Positions 23,200 to 32,000 of a stretch of DNA of 32,000 bases are shown one piece after another. The position numbers and the translations under genes were made by a program. This stretch comes from Delftia acidovorans NBRC 14950 (lineage in GTDB: Bacteria; Pseudomonadota; Gammaproteobacteria; Burkholderiales; Burkholderiaceae_C): assembly GCF_001598795.1 (NCBI RefSeq), contig NZ_BCZP01000003.1, positions 90,001 through 122,000 on the forward strand, read 5' to 3'. The number at the start of each line of letters is the position of its first letter. Within the stretch, counting starts at the first letter, position 1. The notes under the pieces were generated by a model. That model searched no databases. It was not told the DNA's origin and saw nothing but the letters and a program-made list of their open reading frames with translations.

Positions 23200-24828
23200 T
23201 CAGGCCGGTGGAGCGGGCACGGAGTGCAGCAGCACGGGCGCGTCGCCATCGCCGTTGACGCTTTCCAGCTGCACGCCAAAGCCCCACAGGCGCGCTGCGT
23301 GCTTGAGCACTTCCAGCGCATCGTCGGACAGGGGCCGGCCCTGGTAGCGCGTGTGGCGCAGGGTCAGGCAGCGGTCGCCGCGCAGGTTCACGTTCCAGAC
23401 CTGGATATTGGGCTCGCGCGCGCCCAGGTCGTATTGCTGCGACAGGGTCTGGCGCAGGGTGCGGTAGCCGTCGTCGTCGTGGATGGCGCTGACCAGCAGC
23501 TCGCGTTCGCTGGCATCGTCATGGATGGAGAACAGGCGCATGTCGCGCATCAGCTGCGGGCTCAGGTACTGGCCGACAAAGCTCTCGTCCTTGAAGTTCT
23601 GCATGGCGTGGTGCAGCGCCGGCAGCCAGGGCGTGCCGGCCAGGTCGGGGAACCAGCGGCGGTCTTCCTCGGTCGGGTCCTGGCAGATGCGGCGGATGTC
23701 GCGGTACATCGCAAAGCCCAGCGCATAGGGATTGATGCCGCTGTAGGCGCGGTGTCCGGCCGGGGGCTGGTAGATCACGTTGGTGTGGGAGGACAGCCAT
23801 TCGATCATCACGCCGTCGGTCAGCCAGCCTTCGTCGTACAGGGTGTTGAGCAGGGTGTAGTGCCAGAACGTGGCCCAGCCCTCGTTCATCACCTGGGTCT
23901 GGCGCTGCGGGTAGAAGTACTGGGCGATCTTGCGCACGATGCGCACGATCTCGCGCTGCCAGGGCTCCAGCAGCGGGGCGTTCTTCTCGATGAAGTACAG
24001 CAGGTTTTCCTCGGGCTCCTTGGGAAAGCGCTCGCTGTGCTGCGCCGCGCTGTCCTTGCCCGGGCGGGCCGGCAGGGTGCGCCACAGCTCGTTGACCTGC
24101 TGCTGGGCATAGGCCTCGCGCTGCTCGCGCTCGGCCCGCTCGCGCGCCAGGCTTTTCTTGGAGGGGCGGCGGTAACGGTCCACGCCCAGGTTGGACAGCG
24201 CGTGGCAGGAGTCCAGCCATTGCTCCACCGTCGTCAGGCCGTGGCGCTCCTCGCACTGGGAGATGAAGTCGCGCGCATAGACAAGGTAGTCGATGATGCT
24301 GCCCGCATCCGTCCACATGCCGAACAGGTAGTTGTTCTTGAAGAAGCTGTTGTGGCCGTACGCCGCATGGGCGATCACCAGGGCCTGCATGGCGGTGGTG
24401 TTCTCCTCCATCAGATAGCTGATGCAGGGGTTGGAGTTGATGACGATCTCGTAGGCCAGGCCCATGTGGCCGCGCCGGTAGCGCCTCTCCGTCGCCATGT
24501 ATTCCTTGCCATAGCTCCAGTGGCGGTAGCCTACGGGCATGCCCACGCTGGCGTAGGCGTCCATCATCTGCTCGGCCGAGATCACTTCCAGCTGGTTGGG
24601 ATAGGTGTCCAGGCCGTAGCGCTCTGCCGTGGCCGCAATCGCTGCGTGATAGCGTTCGATGAGCTCGAAGGTCCAGTCGCTGGGATCGGGCAGAGGCTCG
24701 GCTGGCCGCGCCCCCGCCGGCAGCGGCGCGGAGGGCACGATGCGCTGGGCCCGGTCGCTGGCCAGATGGGATTTCCACTGCGGCGTGGCATGGCGGGGCG
24801 CCAGCACGGGATAGTGAGAGAGGTTCAT
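23200..24828 (-). CDS. ycgB: SpoVR/YcgB-family protein
   Basis: The ATG at 24828 overlaps the YeaH-like stop (ATGA). It contains WTFELIERYHAAIAATAERYGLDTYPNQLEVISAEQMMDAYASVGMPVGYRHWSYGKEY, HAAYGHNSFFKNN and NEGWATFWH blocks. Confidence 0.9.
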   Translation of the reverse strand: MNLSHYPVLAPRHATPQWKSHLASDRAQRIVPSAPLPAGARPAEPLPDPSDWTFELIERYHAAIAATAERYGLDTYPNQLEVISAEQMMDAYASVGMPVGYRHWSYGKEYMATERRYRRGHMGLAYEIVINSNPCISYLMEENTTAMQALVIAHAAYGHNSFFKNNYLFGMWTDAGSIIDYLVYARDFISQCEERHGLTTVEQWLDSCHALSNLGVDRYRRPSKKSLARERAEREQREAYAQQQVNELWRTLPARPGKDSAAQHSERFPKEPEENLLYFIEKNAPLLEPWQREIVRIVRKIAQYFYPQRQTQVMNEGWATFWHYTLLNTLYDEGWLTDGVMIEWLSSHTNVIYQPPAGHRAYSGINPYALGFAMYRDIRRICQDPTEEDRRWFPDLAGTPWLPALHHAMQNFKDESFVGQYLSPQLMRDMRLFSIHDDASERELLVSAIHDDDGYRTLRQTLSQQYDLGAREPNIQVWNVNLRGDRCLTLRHTRYQGRPLSDDALEVLKHAARLWGFGVQLESVNGDGDAPVLLHSVPAPPA

Positions 24829-26093
24829 ACCGATACCCCCTCTTTCTTGAACAGGTCGCGGAACACGGGATAGATCTCGCTGGCGTCCGACACCTTGCGC
24901 ATGGCGAAGTGCGAGAACAGCGGCAGCACCTGGCTGTACTCCTGCCACAGGCTCTGCTCTTCCTGCACCACCTGCACATAGGCGAAGTAGCGCACCAGCG
25001 GCAGGATTTTCTCGACCAGCAGGTTGCGGCAGTTGGAGCCGTCGTCGCCGAAGTTGTCGCCATCGCTGGCCTGGGCCACGTAGATGTTCCAGTCCCCGGA
25101 TGGATAGCGCGCGCGGATGATCTGGTCCAGCAGCACCAGCGCACTGCTGACCACCGTGCCGCCGCTTTCCTGGGAGTGGAAGAACTCGTCCTCGCTGACC
25201 TCGGCCGCCTGCGTGTGGTGGCGGATGAAGACGATGTCGATCTTCTCGTAGTGCCGTGTCAGGAACAGGTACAGCAGGATGAAGAAGCGCTTGGCCAGGT
25301 CCTTGCGATCCTGGTCCATGGAGCCGGACACATCCATCACGCAGAACATCACGGCCTGGCTGATGGGCGCAGGCACGCGCGTGCGGTTGCGAAACCGCAG
25401 GTCGATGGGGTCGAGAAAGGCCACCGTGCCCATGCGCAGCTTCAGCGCATCGATGCGCTGCTGCAGCTCGGCCGCCGCCTCGCTGGTGCCATCGTCCTGC
25501 GCCAGCAGCGCTTGCAGTTGCTCTTCCAGTGCCTTGAGTTCGCGGTGCGGCGCCTTGGTCAGCGCAATGCGCCGACCCAGGGCGCCGCGCATGGTGCGCA
25601 GCAGGGCCAGGTTGTGCGGCGTGCCGTCGTGGCTGTAGCCGGCGCGGCGCGTCTTGTACTGCATGGTGTTGCCGATGTGGGTGCGCAGCAGGCGCGGCAG
25701 GGCCAGGTCTTCAAAGAACAGTTCCATGAACTCTTCCTTGGTCAGGGTGAAGGTAAAGTCGTCCTCGCCCTCGCCGCTGTCGCTGGCCTGGGAGCCGCCG
25801 CCACCTGCGCCGCCCTGCGGCCGGGCAATGCGGTCGCCGCGCACATGCTCGGTGTTGCCCGGGTGCACCGTGTCATGGACGCCGCCCTGCCCGTGGTGGA
25901 ACACGGGCTCGCGGATGTCCTTGCGCGGGATGGAGACGCTCTCGGACTCCTCCATGTGGCGGATGCCGCGCTTGTCCACCGCGCGGCGCACCGCCTCGGC
26001 GATCTGCGCCTTGTAGCGGCGCACGAAGCGCTCGCGGTTGCCCACCGACTTGTTCTTGCCGGCCAGCCTGCGATCGATGATTTGCAATGCCAT
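24825..26093 (-). CDS. yeaH: YeaH/YhbH-family (DUF444) protein with vWA-like MIDAS motif
   Basis: The ATG at 26093 gives MALQIIDRRLAGKNKSVGNRERFVRRYK, the canonical DUF444 N-terminus. MIDAS-like DVSGSMD motif. Confidence 0.9.
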   Translation of the reverse strand: MALQIIDRRLAGKNKSVGNRERFVRRYKAQIAEAVRRAVDKRGIRHMEESESVSIPRKDIREPVFHHGQGGVHDTVHPGNTEHVRGDRIARPQGGAGGGGSQASDSGEGEDDFTFTLTKEEFMELFFEDLALPRLLRTHIGNTMQYKTRRAGYSHDGTPHNLALLRTMRGALGRRIALTKAPHRELKALEEQLQALLAQDDGTSEAAAELQQRIDALKLRMGTVAFLDPIDLRFRNRTRVPAPISQAVMFCVMDVSGSMDQDRKDLAKRFFILLYLFLTRHYEKIDIVFIRHHTQAAEVSEDEFFHSQESGGTVVSSALVLLDQIIRARYPSGDWNIYVAQASDGDNFGDDGSNCRNLLVEKILPLVRYFAYVQVVQEEQSLWQEYSQVLPLFSHFAMRKVSDASEIYPVFRDLFKKEGVSV

Positions 26094-26139
26094 CTGTTCC
26101 CCCCAGCCCGGGCGCGCCGAAGGGCGGCGCACCCACCCG

Positions 26140-28062
26140 TCAGTTGCTCTTGCGAACGCGCAGGTACCACTCGCACAGCAGGCGCACCTGCTTGGACGTA
26201 TAGCCCTTGGCCTCCATGCGGGTGACGAAGTCCTCGTGCTTGCGCGCGTCCTCGGCACTGGCCTTGGCGTTGAAGCTGATCACGGGCAGCAGCTCCTCGG
26301 TATTGGAGAACATCTTCTTCTCGATCACCACGCGCAGCTTCTCGTAGCTGGTCCAGCTGGGGTTCTTGCCCTGGTTGTTGGCCCGCGCGCGCAGCACGAA
26401 GTTGACGATCTCGTTGCGGAAGTCCTTGGCATTGGCAATGCCCGCGGGCTTCTCGACCTTCTCCATCTCGGCGTTGAGCGCGTTGCGGTCGAAGGCCTCG
26501 CCGGTATCGTTGTCGCGGTACTCGCTGTCCTGTATCCAGTAGTCGGCGTAGGTGACGTAGCGGTCGAAGATGTTCTGGCCGTACTCGCTGTAGCTCTCCA
26601 GATAGGCGGTCTGGATTTCCTTGCCGATGAACTCGGCATAGTGCGGCGACAGGTATTCCTTGATGTAGCTGGTGTACTTGGTCTCCAGCTCGGCAGGGAA
26701 CTGCTCGCGCTCGATCTGCTGCTCCAGCACATACATCAGGTGCACCGGGTTGGCCGCCACCTCGGTGCTGTCGTAGTTGAAGACCTTGGACAGGATCTTG
26801 AACGCGAAGCGCGTGGAGATGCCTGACATGCCCTCGTCCACGCCCGCATAGTCGCGGTACTCCTGGAAGCTCTTGGCGCGCGGGTCCGTGTCCTTGAGGC
26901 TTTCGCCGTCATACACCTGCATCTTGCTGAAGATGCTGGAGTTCTCGGGCTCCTTCAGCCGCGTGAGCACGGCGAACTGGGCCATCATCTTGAGCGTGCC
27001 GGGCGCGCACACGGCGCTGGCCAGGGACGACTCGCGGATCAGCTTCTCGTAGATGCGCACCTCCTCCGACACGCGCAGGCAGTACGGCACCTTGACGATG
27101 TAGACGCGGTCCAGGAAGGCCTCGTTGTTGCGGTTGTTGCGGAAGGCCTTCCACTCGCTCTCGTTGCTGTGGGCCAGCACCATGCCGTCGAAGGGAATGG
27201 CGCCAAAGCCTTCCGTTCCCTTGTAGTTGCTCTCCTGCGTGGCCGTCAGCAGCGGGTGCAGCACCTTGATGGGCGCCTTGAACATTTCCACGAACTCCAG
27301 CAGGCCCTGGTTGGCCAGGCACAGGCCGCCCGAGTAGCTGTAGGCGTCGGTGTCGTCCTGGGCAAAGTTCTCCAGCTTGCGGATGTCCACCTTGCCCACC
27401 AGGCTGGAGATGTCCTGGTTGTTCTCGTCGCCGGGCTCGGTCTTGGCAATGCCCACCTGCCTGGAGATGCTGGGATAGCGCTTGACCACGCGGAACTGGC
27501 GGATGTCGCCGCCCAGCTCCTCCAGGCGCTTGACGGCCCAGGGCGACAGAACATGGTTGAGGCAGCGCCGGGGAATGCCGAACTGCTCCTCCAGCAGCGG
27601 CCCGTCTTCCATTGGATCGAACAGGCCCAAGGGCGACTCGTTCACGGGCGAGCCCTTGAGGGCGTAGAACGGCACCTTCTGCATCAGGTATTTGAGGCGC
27701 TCGGCGATGGAGCTCTTGCCACCGCCCACGGGACCCAGCAGATAGAGGATCTGCTTGCGCTCTTCCAGGCCCTGGGCCGCATGGCGGAAGAAGCTCACCA
27801 CCTGCTCGATGGAGTCTTCCATTCCGTAGAACTCGGCGAAGGCCGGATAGCGCCGGATGACCTTGTTGGCAAACAGCCGCGACTGGCGTGGATCATTGCG
27901 CGTGTCCACCATTTCAGGTTCGCCGATGGCTGCCAGCATGCGCTGGGCAGCACCTTCGTAAGCCATGGGATCGCGCTGGCACAGGGCGAGAAATTCGTCC
28001 AGCGACATCTCTTCTTCGCGAAGGCGAACGTAACGTGCAGCCGAGTTGCTGATGACATCCAT
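26140..28062 (-). CDS. yeaG: PrkA/YeaG-family serine protein kinase (AAA+ N-domain)
   Basis: The ATG at 28062 has GGGAGAGG upstream. 640 aa. Walker A motif LLGPVGGGKSSIAERLK. The sequence is PrkA-like throughout. Confidence 0.9.
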   Translation of the reverse strand: MDVISNSAARYVRLREEEMSLDEFLALCQRDPMAYEGAAQRMLAAIGEPEMVDTRNDPRQSRLFANKVIRRYPAFAEFYGMEDSIEQVVSFFRHAAQGLEERKQILYLLGPVGGGKSSIAERLKYLMQKVPFYALKGSPVNESPLGLFDPMEDGPLLEEQFGIPRRCLNHVLSPWAVKRLEELGGDIRQFRVVKRYPSISRQVGIAKTEPGDENNQDISSLVGKVDIRKLENFAQDDTDAYSYSGGLCLANQGLLEFVEMFKAPIKVLHPLLTATQESNYKGTEGFGAIPFDGMVLAHSNESEWKAFRNNRNNEAFLDRVYIVKVPYCLRVSEEVRIYEKLIRESSLASAVCAPGTLKMMAQFAVLTRLKEPENSSIFSKMQVYDGESLKDTDPRAKSFQEYRDYAGVDEGMSGISTRFAFKILSKVFNYDSTEVAANPVHLMYVLEQQIEREQFPAELETKYTSYIKEYLSPHYAEFIGKEIQTAYLESYSEYGQNIFDRYVTYADYWIQDSEYRDNDTGEAFDRNALNAEMEKVEKPAGIANAKDFRNEIVNFVLRARANNQGKNPSWTSYEKLRVVIEKKMFSNTEELLPVISFNAKASAEDARKHEDFVTRMEAKGYTSKQVRLLCEWYLRVRKSN

Positions 28063-28365
28063 ACGACCTCTCCCGGCGGCACCCGAGGGCGAACAGTGCC
28101 GCGAAGTTGCAAGGCATTCGCTACCGTGTGGAACTGTTGTAGCACCTTGCATCGGCTTTGAATAGCTCATACGTCCCACATGTCTGCATTGCGCGCGAGG
28201 TCACAATGTCAGGTTCCTGGACTACCCCGCTTTTTGCGGCGCCGGGACAGGGGCTTGAGCCAGCCGGGCCTTCAGCAAGGCCCGTGAATACAGCGCCTGA
28301 CGCTCCCACTTTTGACAAATGATAGTCCGCACTCACACAGCGGCACAGGCCCGAATTCAGAACCG

Positions 28366-31300
28366 ATGTCTCCTGCCGACAACCCCCTACTTGCCGCCGG
28401 TCGCCCATCGCGCAAACTGGCTGCCGTGACGCCGATGCACCTGCTGTGGGCCATGTGCCTGGTGCTCGGCCTGCTGCTCGCCCTGCTGGCACCGGGCCTG
28501 GCCAAGGCCGCACCGGCAGCAGGCCCTTTGGGTGCCTTGCAGGGCACGCTGGGCGGTGGCTCCGCGTCCGACAAGGAACGAAGCAACGCCATTCAGGCCC
28601 AACTGGATGCCGCCGCATCGGCCACAAAGGAAGCCGATGCGCTGGCGCAGGAACTGGACCGCCTGCGCGCCAGGGCACGCACGCCCGTGCCGGCCCTGCC
28701 CGCGCCGCTGAGCGACGAGCAGCTGGGCAGCCTGTTCGATCGCTGGAAGGAACGCGTTCCCGCCAACGCCAGCCAGGAAGTGCTGGAACGCCTGCTGGCC
28801 GATGAGCGCGATGCCATCGCCGCACTCAAGGTGGGCATCGAAAAATCCGCGGCCGACCAGGCCAACCTGGTGTCCCAGCCCGGCCCGGGACGCATCGATC
28901 TGTCCATCCTCCAACAACGCGCGCAGGAAAACGCCGAGCCCGTGACCGCCGAGCCCGGCGAGGCCCCCGACCTCACCCAGGCCCGCCAGGCACGGCGCAG
29001 CGCGGAGCACCGCCGCGCCCTGCTGGAGCTGGCGCTGCGCCAGGAAGAGCAGTCCACCATCGAAGCCCGCCAGCGCCTGCTGGCCGCCCAGCTGCAGGCC
29101 CAGCGCCGCGAGCTGCTGGAGCGCATGCCGCGCGCCGCCTGGCTGACCCAGCGCATTGCCGAGCGCAGCCGCCAGCAACTGGAGCAACAGGTGCAGGAGA
29201 TGGAGCTGGCCGCCCAGCACGCTTCCGCCGCCGATCCCGCCATACGCGACCTGGCCCAGCGCAATGCGGCGCTGGCCGCGCAGATCCTCAAGAACTCCAA
29301 TGAACTGGCGCAGGAGCGCAAGACCCTGGCCAATGACGAATATGTCCGCGACCAATTGAGCGCCACGCTGCGCGACACCCAGGCACGCCTGCGGCTGGGC
29401 GGTGGCAGCGCGGCCGTGGGCCAGTGGCTGTGGCAGCAGCGCGTGGAGCTGTCCTCCGGCAACACCTTGCAGTCCAGGCACCGCGCCGTGCAGCGCCAAC
29501 TGGCCGAGCTGCGGCTGATGCTGTTCAACTCCAGCAAATGGCGCCAGAACCCGGGCGCGGACACGGCGGCACAGGCCCCGGCCGACGCTGCGGATGCAGG
29601 CGGCGTGGCGGCACCTGAGCCTGCCGCAAGCGTCACCACTGCCATCAATGCATCCACCTCGGCACAGCAGACCGCCCTGCTGGCCCGGCAGGTGGCGCTC
29701 ACCGATCAATTGCAGCCCGTTTTGCTGCGCCGCATTGCCGTGCTGGAGCAGACCGATGAAGCCCTGCGCGCCGCCCTGCGCAGCGGCAACGAACTGCGCC
29801 AGGTGCTGGACAAGGAACTGCTGTGGTTCCCCAGCCACCGCCCCATGGACCGCACCTGGCTCAGCGAGTGGCAGGCGCTGGAGCAGGACATCGAAGGCAG
29901 CAGCTCCCCCTGGAAAACCGCGCGCGCCCTGGCCGCCAGCATCTGGAACGATCCCTGGGCCTTTGGCGCCGTCGGCCTGATCGTGGCCCTGCTGCTGGGC
30001 CTGCGCCGCTACGCGCTGCGCCAGCTGCAGGCCATCGCCGTGCGCGTGGGCGACTTCATGCGCGACAACTTCGGGCTGAGCCTGCTCGCGCTGGGCTGGA
30101 GCCTGCTCTACACCCTGCCCTGGAGCTTTGCGGCCGCGGCGCTGGGCAGCCTGCTGCAAGGCCCCGAAACCGTGGGCACGGCGCTGGAGCCGCTGGGCGC
30201 CACCCTGGTCCAGCTCAGCGATTTCATCTTCGTGGCCACCTTGCTCAACGCCCTGTTCTGCCCGGGCGGACTGGCACTGGCCCACTTCGGCTGGCCGGCC
30301 GCTCGCGTGCAGATGCTGCGCCAGATGGTGCGCCGCGCCGCCTGGCTGATCGTGCCCGCCGAACTGCTGGGCGGCCTGGCCTTCTACAGCCATGACAACC
30401 ACGCCATCAGCACCTGGGGCCGCATCTCCATCCTCATGCTGTCGCTGGGCCTAGCCTGGATGGCCTGGCTGTACTTTCGCCGTGTCATGCAGCAAAAGCG
30501 GCCCGGCATCCACTGGGGCCAGATCGTCAGCGTGGTGCTGATGCTCATGCTCAGCGCGCTGGCCGTGGGCATCGTGCTCGGCTATGTCTACACGGCCACC
30601 GAATTCATCCAGGCCCTGATGGCCAGCTTCGTGTTCCTGGGCGCGGTCGAGGTCGTGGTCAACCTGCTGCGGCGCTGGCTGCTGCTGGGCGAACGGCGCC
30701 TGGCGCTGAACCGGCTGCGCGAAGCCGCCAGGCTGGCCCAGAGCGGCTCGGGCGTGGACACCGGCAAGGCACCCACCGACGAAGCCACCCAGATGGCCCT
30801 GGTCACCGTGGGCGCCCAGGCGCACCGGCTGCTGGGCCTGCTGCAGCAGGTGCTGGTCGTGCTGACCCTGGTCTACGCCTGGCTGCCCGTGCTGCCTGCG
30901 CTGCTGCGCTCCGAAGGCGTGGTGCTCTGGTACACCACCAACACCGGCGCCGACGGCATTGCGCATGCCGCCCCCGTGAGCCTGATGGACGCGCTGCTGG
31001 GCGTGATGATCCTGCTGCTCACCTTCAGCTTTGCACGCAACCTGCCGGGCCTGCTGGAAGTGACGCTGTCGGCCTCCAACCGCATCAGCAGCTCCGCGCG
31101 CTACACCCTGGCCACGCTGGCGCGCTACGCCATCACCATCGCGGGCACGGTCAGCGCCTTCACGCTGCTGGGCCTGCGCTGGGGCCAGCTGCAGTGGATG
31201 GTGGCGGCGCTCACCGTGGGCCTGGGCTTTGGCCTGCAGGAGATCTTCGCCAACTTCGTCTCGGGCCTGATCCTGCTGGTGGAGCGGCCCTTCCGCGTGG

Positions 31301-31806
31301 GCGATGTCATCACCATCGACACCCTCACCGGCACCGTCACGCGCATCCGCACGCGGGCCACCACGGTGCTGGACTTCGACAACAAGGAAATCGTCATCCC
31401 CAACAAGACCTTCATCACCGGCCAGGTGACGAACTGGACCTTGAGCGACGACGTGACCCGCCTGGTGATCGACGTGCCCGTGGCCCACGGCAATGACCCC
31501 GAGCGAGTGCGCGACATGCTGCTGGGCATTGCCAGGGAACACCCCCAGGTGCTGCGCGAACCCGAGCCCAACTGCTGGTTCATGGCGCTGGAAGGCAACG
31601 GCCAGCGGTTCGAGCTGCGCGCCTACGTGGGCAAGGTCGAAGACCGCCTGCCCGTGCGCCACGACCTCAACCGCCGCGTCAACGACCGGCTCAAGGACGC
31701 TGGCATTGCCGTGGCCTTCCCGCAGCTGGACCTGCATGTGCGCAACATGCCGGCAAATCCTGCGGGGCAGCCGGCGCCGCAGACACCGCCCCAGCCGGCT
31801 GCATGA
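28366..31806 (+). CDS. MscK/KefA (MscM)-like large mechanosensitive channel
   Basis: The track start at 28312 is a TTG codon. The ATG at 28366 gives a basic n-region before the signal/TM segment LLWAMCLVLGLLLALLAPGLAKA, and 28435 is also possible. A long Gln/Ala/Leu-rich coiled-coil periplasmic domain is followed by about 11 TM helices. The C-terminal MscS core contains LQEIFANFVSGLILLVERPFRVGDVITIDTLTGTVTRIRTRATTV. Confidence 0.85.
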   Translation: MSPADNPLLAAGRPSRKLAAVTPMHLLWAMCLVLGLLLALLAPGLAKAAPAAGPLGALQGTLGGGSASDKERSNAIQAQLDAAASATKEADALAQELDRLRARARTPVPALPAPLSDEQLGSLFDRWKERVPANASQEVLERLLADERDAIAALKVGIEKSAADQANLVSQPGPGRIDLSILQQRAQENAEPVTAEPGEAPDLTQARQARRSAEHRRALLELALRQEEQSTIEARQRLLAAQLQAQRRELLERMPRAAWLTQRIAERSRQQLEQQVQEMELAAQHASAADPAIRDLAQRNAALAAQILKNSNELAQERKTLANDEYVRDQLSATLRDTQARLRLGGGSAAVGQWLWQQRVELSSGNTLQSRHRAVQRQLAELRLMLFNSSKWRQNPGADTAAQAPADAADAGGVAAPEPAASVTTAINASTSAQQTALLARQVALTDQLQPVLLRRIAVLEQTDEALRAALRSGNELRQVLDKELLWFPSHRPMDRTWLSEWQALEQDIEGSSSPWKTARALAASIWNDPWAFGAVGLIVALLLGLRRYALRQLQAIAVRVGDFMRDNFGLSLLALGWSLLYTLPWSFAAAALGSLLQGPETVGTALEPLGATLVQLSDFIFVATLLNALFCPGGLALAHFGWPAARVQMLRQMVRRAAWLIVPAELLGGLAFYSHDNHAISTWGRISILMLSLGLAWMAWLYFRRVMQQKRPGIHWGQIVSVVLMLMLSALAVGIVLGYVYTATEFIQALMASFVFLGAVEVVVNLLRRWLLLGERRLALNRLREAARLAQSGSGVDTGKAPTDEATQMALVTVGAQAHRLLGLLQQVLVVLTLVYAWLPVLPALLRSEGVVLWYTTNTGADGIAHAAPVSLMDALLGVMILLLTFSFARNLPGLLEVTLSASNRISSSARYTLATLARYAITIAGTVSAFTLLGLRWGQLQWMVAALTVGLGFGLQEIFANFVSGLILLVERPFRVGDVITIDTLTGTVTRIRTRATTVLDFDNKEIVIPNKTFITGQVTNWTLSDDVTRLVIDVPVAHGNDPERVRDMLLGIAREHPQVLREPEPNCWFMALEGNGQRFELRAYVGKVEDRLPVRHDLNRRVNDRLKDAGIAVAFPQLDLHVRNMPANPAGQPAPQTPPQPAA

Positions 31807-31816
31807 GACATTGAAA

Positions 31817-31846
31817 CCCGCCACTCTCGACCCATGGAGTGGCGGG
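31817..31846 (+). terminator. 10-bp-stem hairpin after the mscK-like gene
   Basis: CCCGCCACTC-tcgacccatg-GAGTGGCGGG begins 11 nt after the stop. No U-tract follows, so intrinsic termination is uncertain. Confidence 0.4.
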
Positions 31847-32000
31847 CCATGGGCACCACGGCATTCCACCCTCAAATCACCGTGACTCATATATCCTAGG
31901 ATCATTCTGAAAAATTTCCTCCCCCTTCATTTCCTCCTCCAACTGAATGGCAATCCGCACACAATCGGCATCTCACAACGATGTCTGCGGACGCTTCAAA

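Noticed and set aside
28129-28144. Sigma-54-like motif TGGAAC-N5-TAGCA (GG-N10-GC spacing) on the plus strand in the prkA/mscK divergent region
   Set aside because: There are two mismatches in the most conserved positions (TGGCAC and TTGC). It points toward mscK rather than prkA. No matching element was found on the minus strand for prkA. The evidence is too weak to annotate.
28387-31905. Long minus-strand ORFs (28387-30402, 30451-31905) opposite the MscK-like gene
   Set aside because: They are antisense to a gene with a clear MscS core and TM architecture. Their translations are Gly/Ala/Gln/His low-complexity sequence.
31947-32000. Possible partial ORF MAIRTQSASHNDVCGRFK at the window edge (the CGRF resembles the SRAP N-terminus)
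   Set aside because: There is no RBS; the upstream sequence is CCTCC-rich, which is anti-SD. The Cys is not at position 2, and only 18 codons are visible. It cannot be supported.
1-32000. Scan for CRISPR arrays, tRNA/rRNA genes, long repeats and prophage or conjugation genes
   Set aside because: I saw no regularly spaced direct repeats, no tRNA T-loop/acceptor patterns and no rRNA-like segments. Only the short tandem repeats and palindromes listed above were found. A by-eye scan cannot exclude small ncRNAs.

Overview
High-GC (roughly two-thirds G+C) chromosomal segment. It looks betaproteobacterial and Comamonadaceae-like; this is an inference from the Bug/TctC binding protein, the Omp32-type porin C-terminus and the PepSY/DUF3325 genes. 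About 27 credible CDS fill the window, with 5 ATGA start/stop overlaps that imply translational coupling. I found no rRNA, tRNA, CRISPR array, transposase or integrase.

Modules from left to right:
- Porin 3' end.
- TetR regulator facing a coupled 4-gene cassette: Rieske oxygenase, unknown TIM-barrel-like protein, ferredoxin reductase and ferredoxin. Two mirror-image palindromic operators sit between the regulator and the cassette.
- A ~1.5 kb compositional hole (4620-6097). It contains one AT-rich orphan polytopic membrane-protein gene bracketed by a perfect 9-bp direct repeat.
- LysR regulator with Bug binding protein, UxaA/GarD-type dehydratase, aldehyde dehydrogenase and HpcH-type aldolase. 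This is probably an acid-sugar or dicarboxylate catabolic locus.
- DUF3649, PepSY membrane protein and DUF3325 operon with a Fur-box-like site.
- EamA transporter.
- TetR, SQR-like flavoprotein and DUF1641 operon, divergent from a PhzF-family gene.
- Lipoprotein.
- SRAP (YedK/HMCES-family) gene whose catalytic Cys2 codon reads Ser.
- Class D (OXA-type) beta-lactamase.
- amtB with a sigma-54 promoter.
- Small orphan CDS.
- prkA, yeaH and spoVR stress operon.
- MscK/KefA-like giant mechanosensitive channel.

The only clearly accessory DNA is the low-GC islet at 4620-6097, and it is my best candidate for something undescribed. I cannot assign it a function from sequence alone. Most long ORFs in the supplied track that run antisense to these genes are high-GC artefacts.
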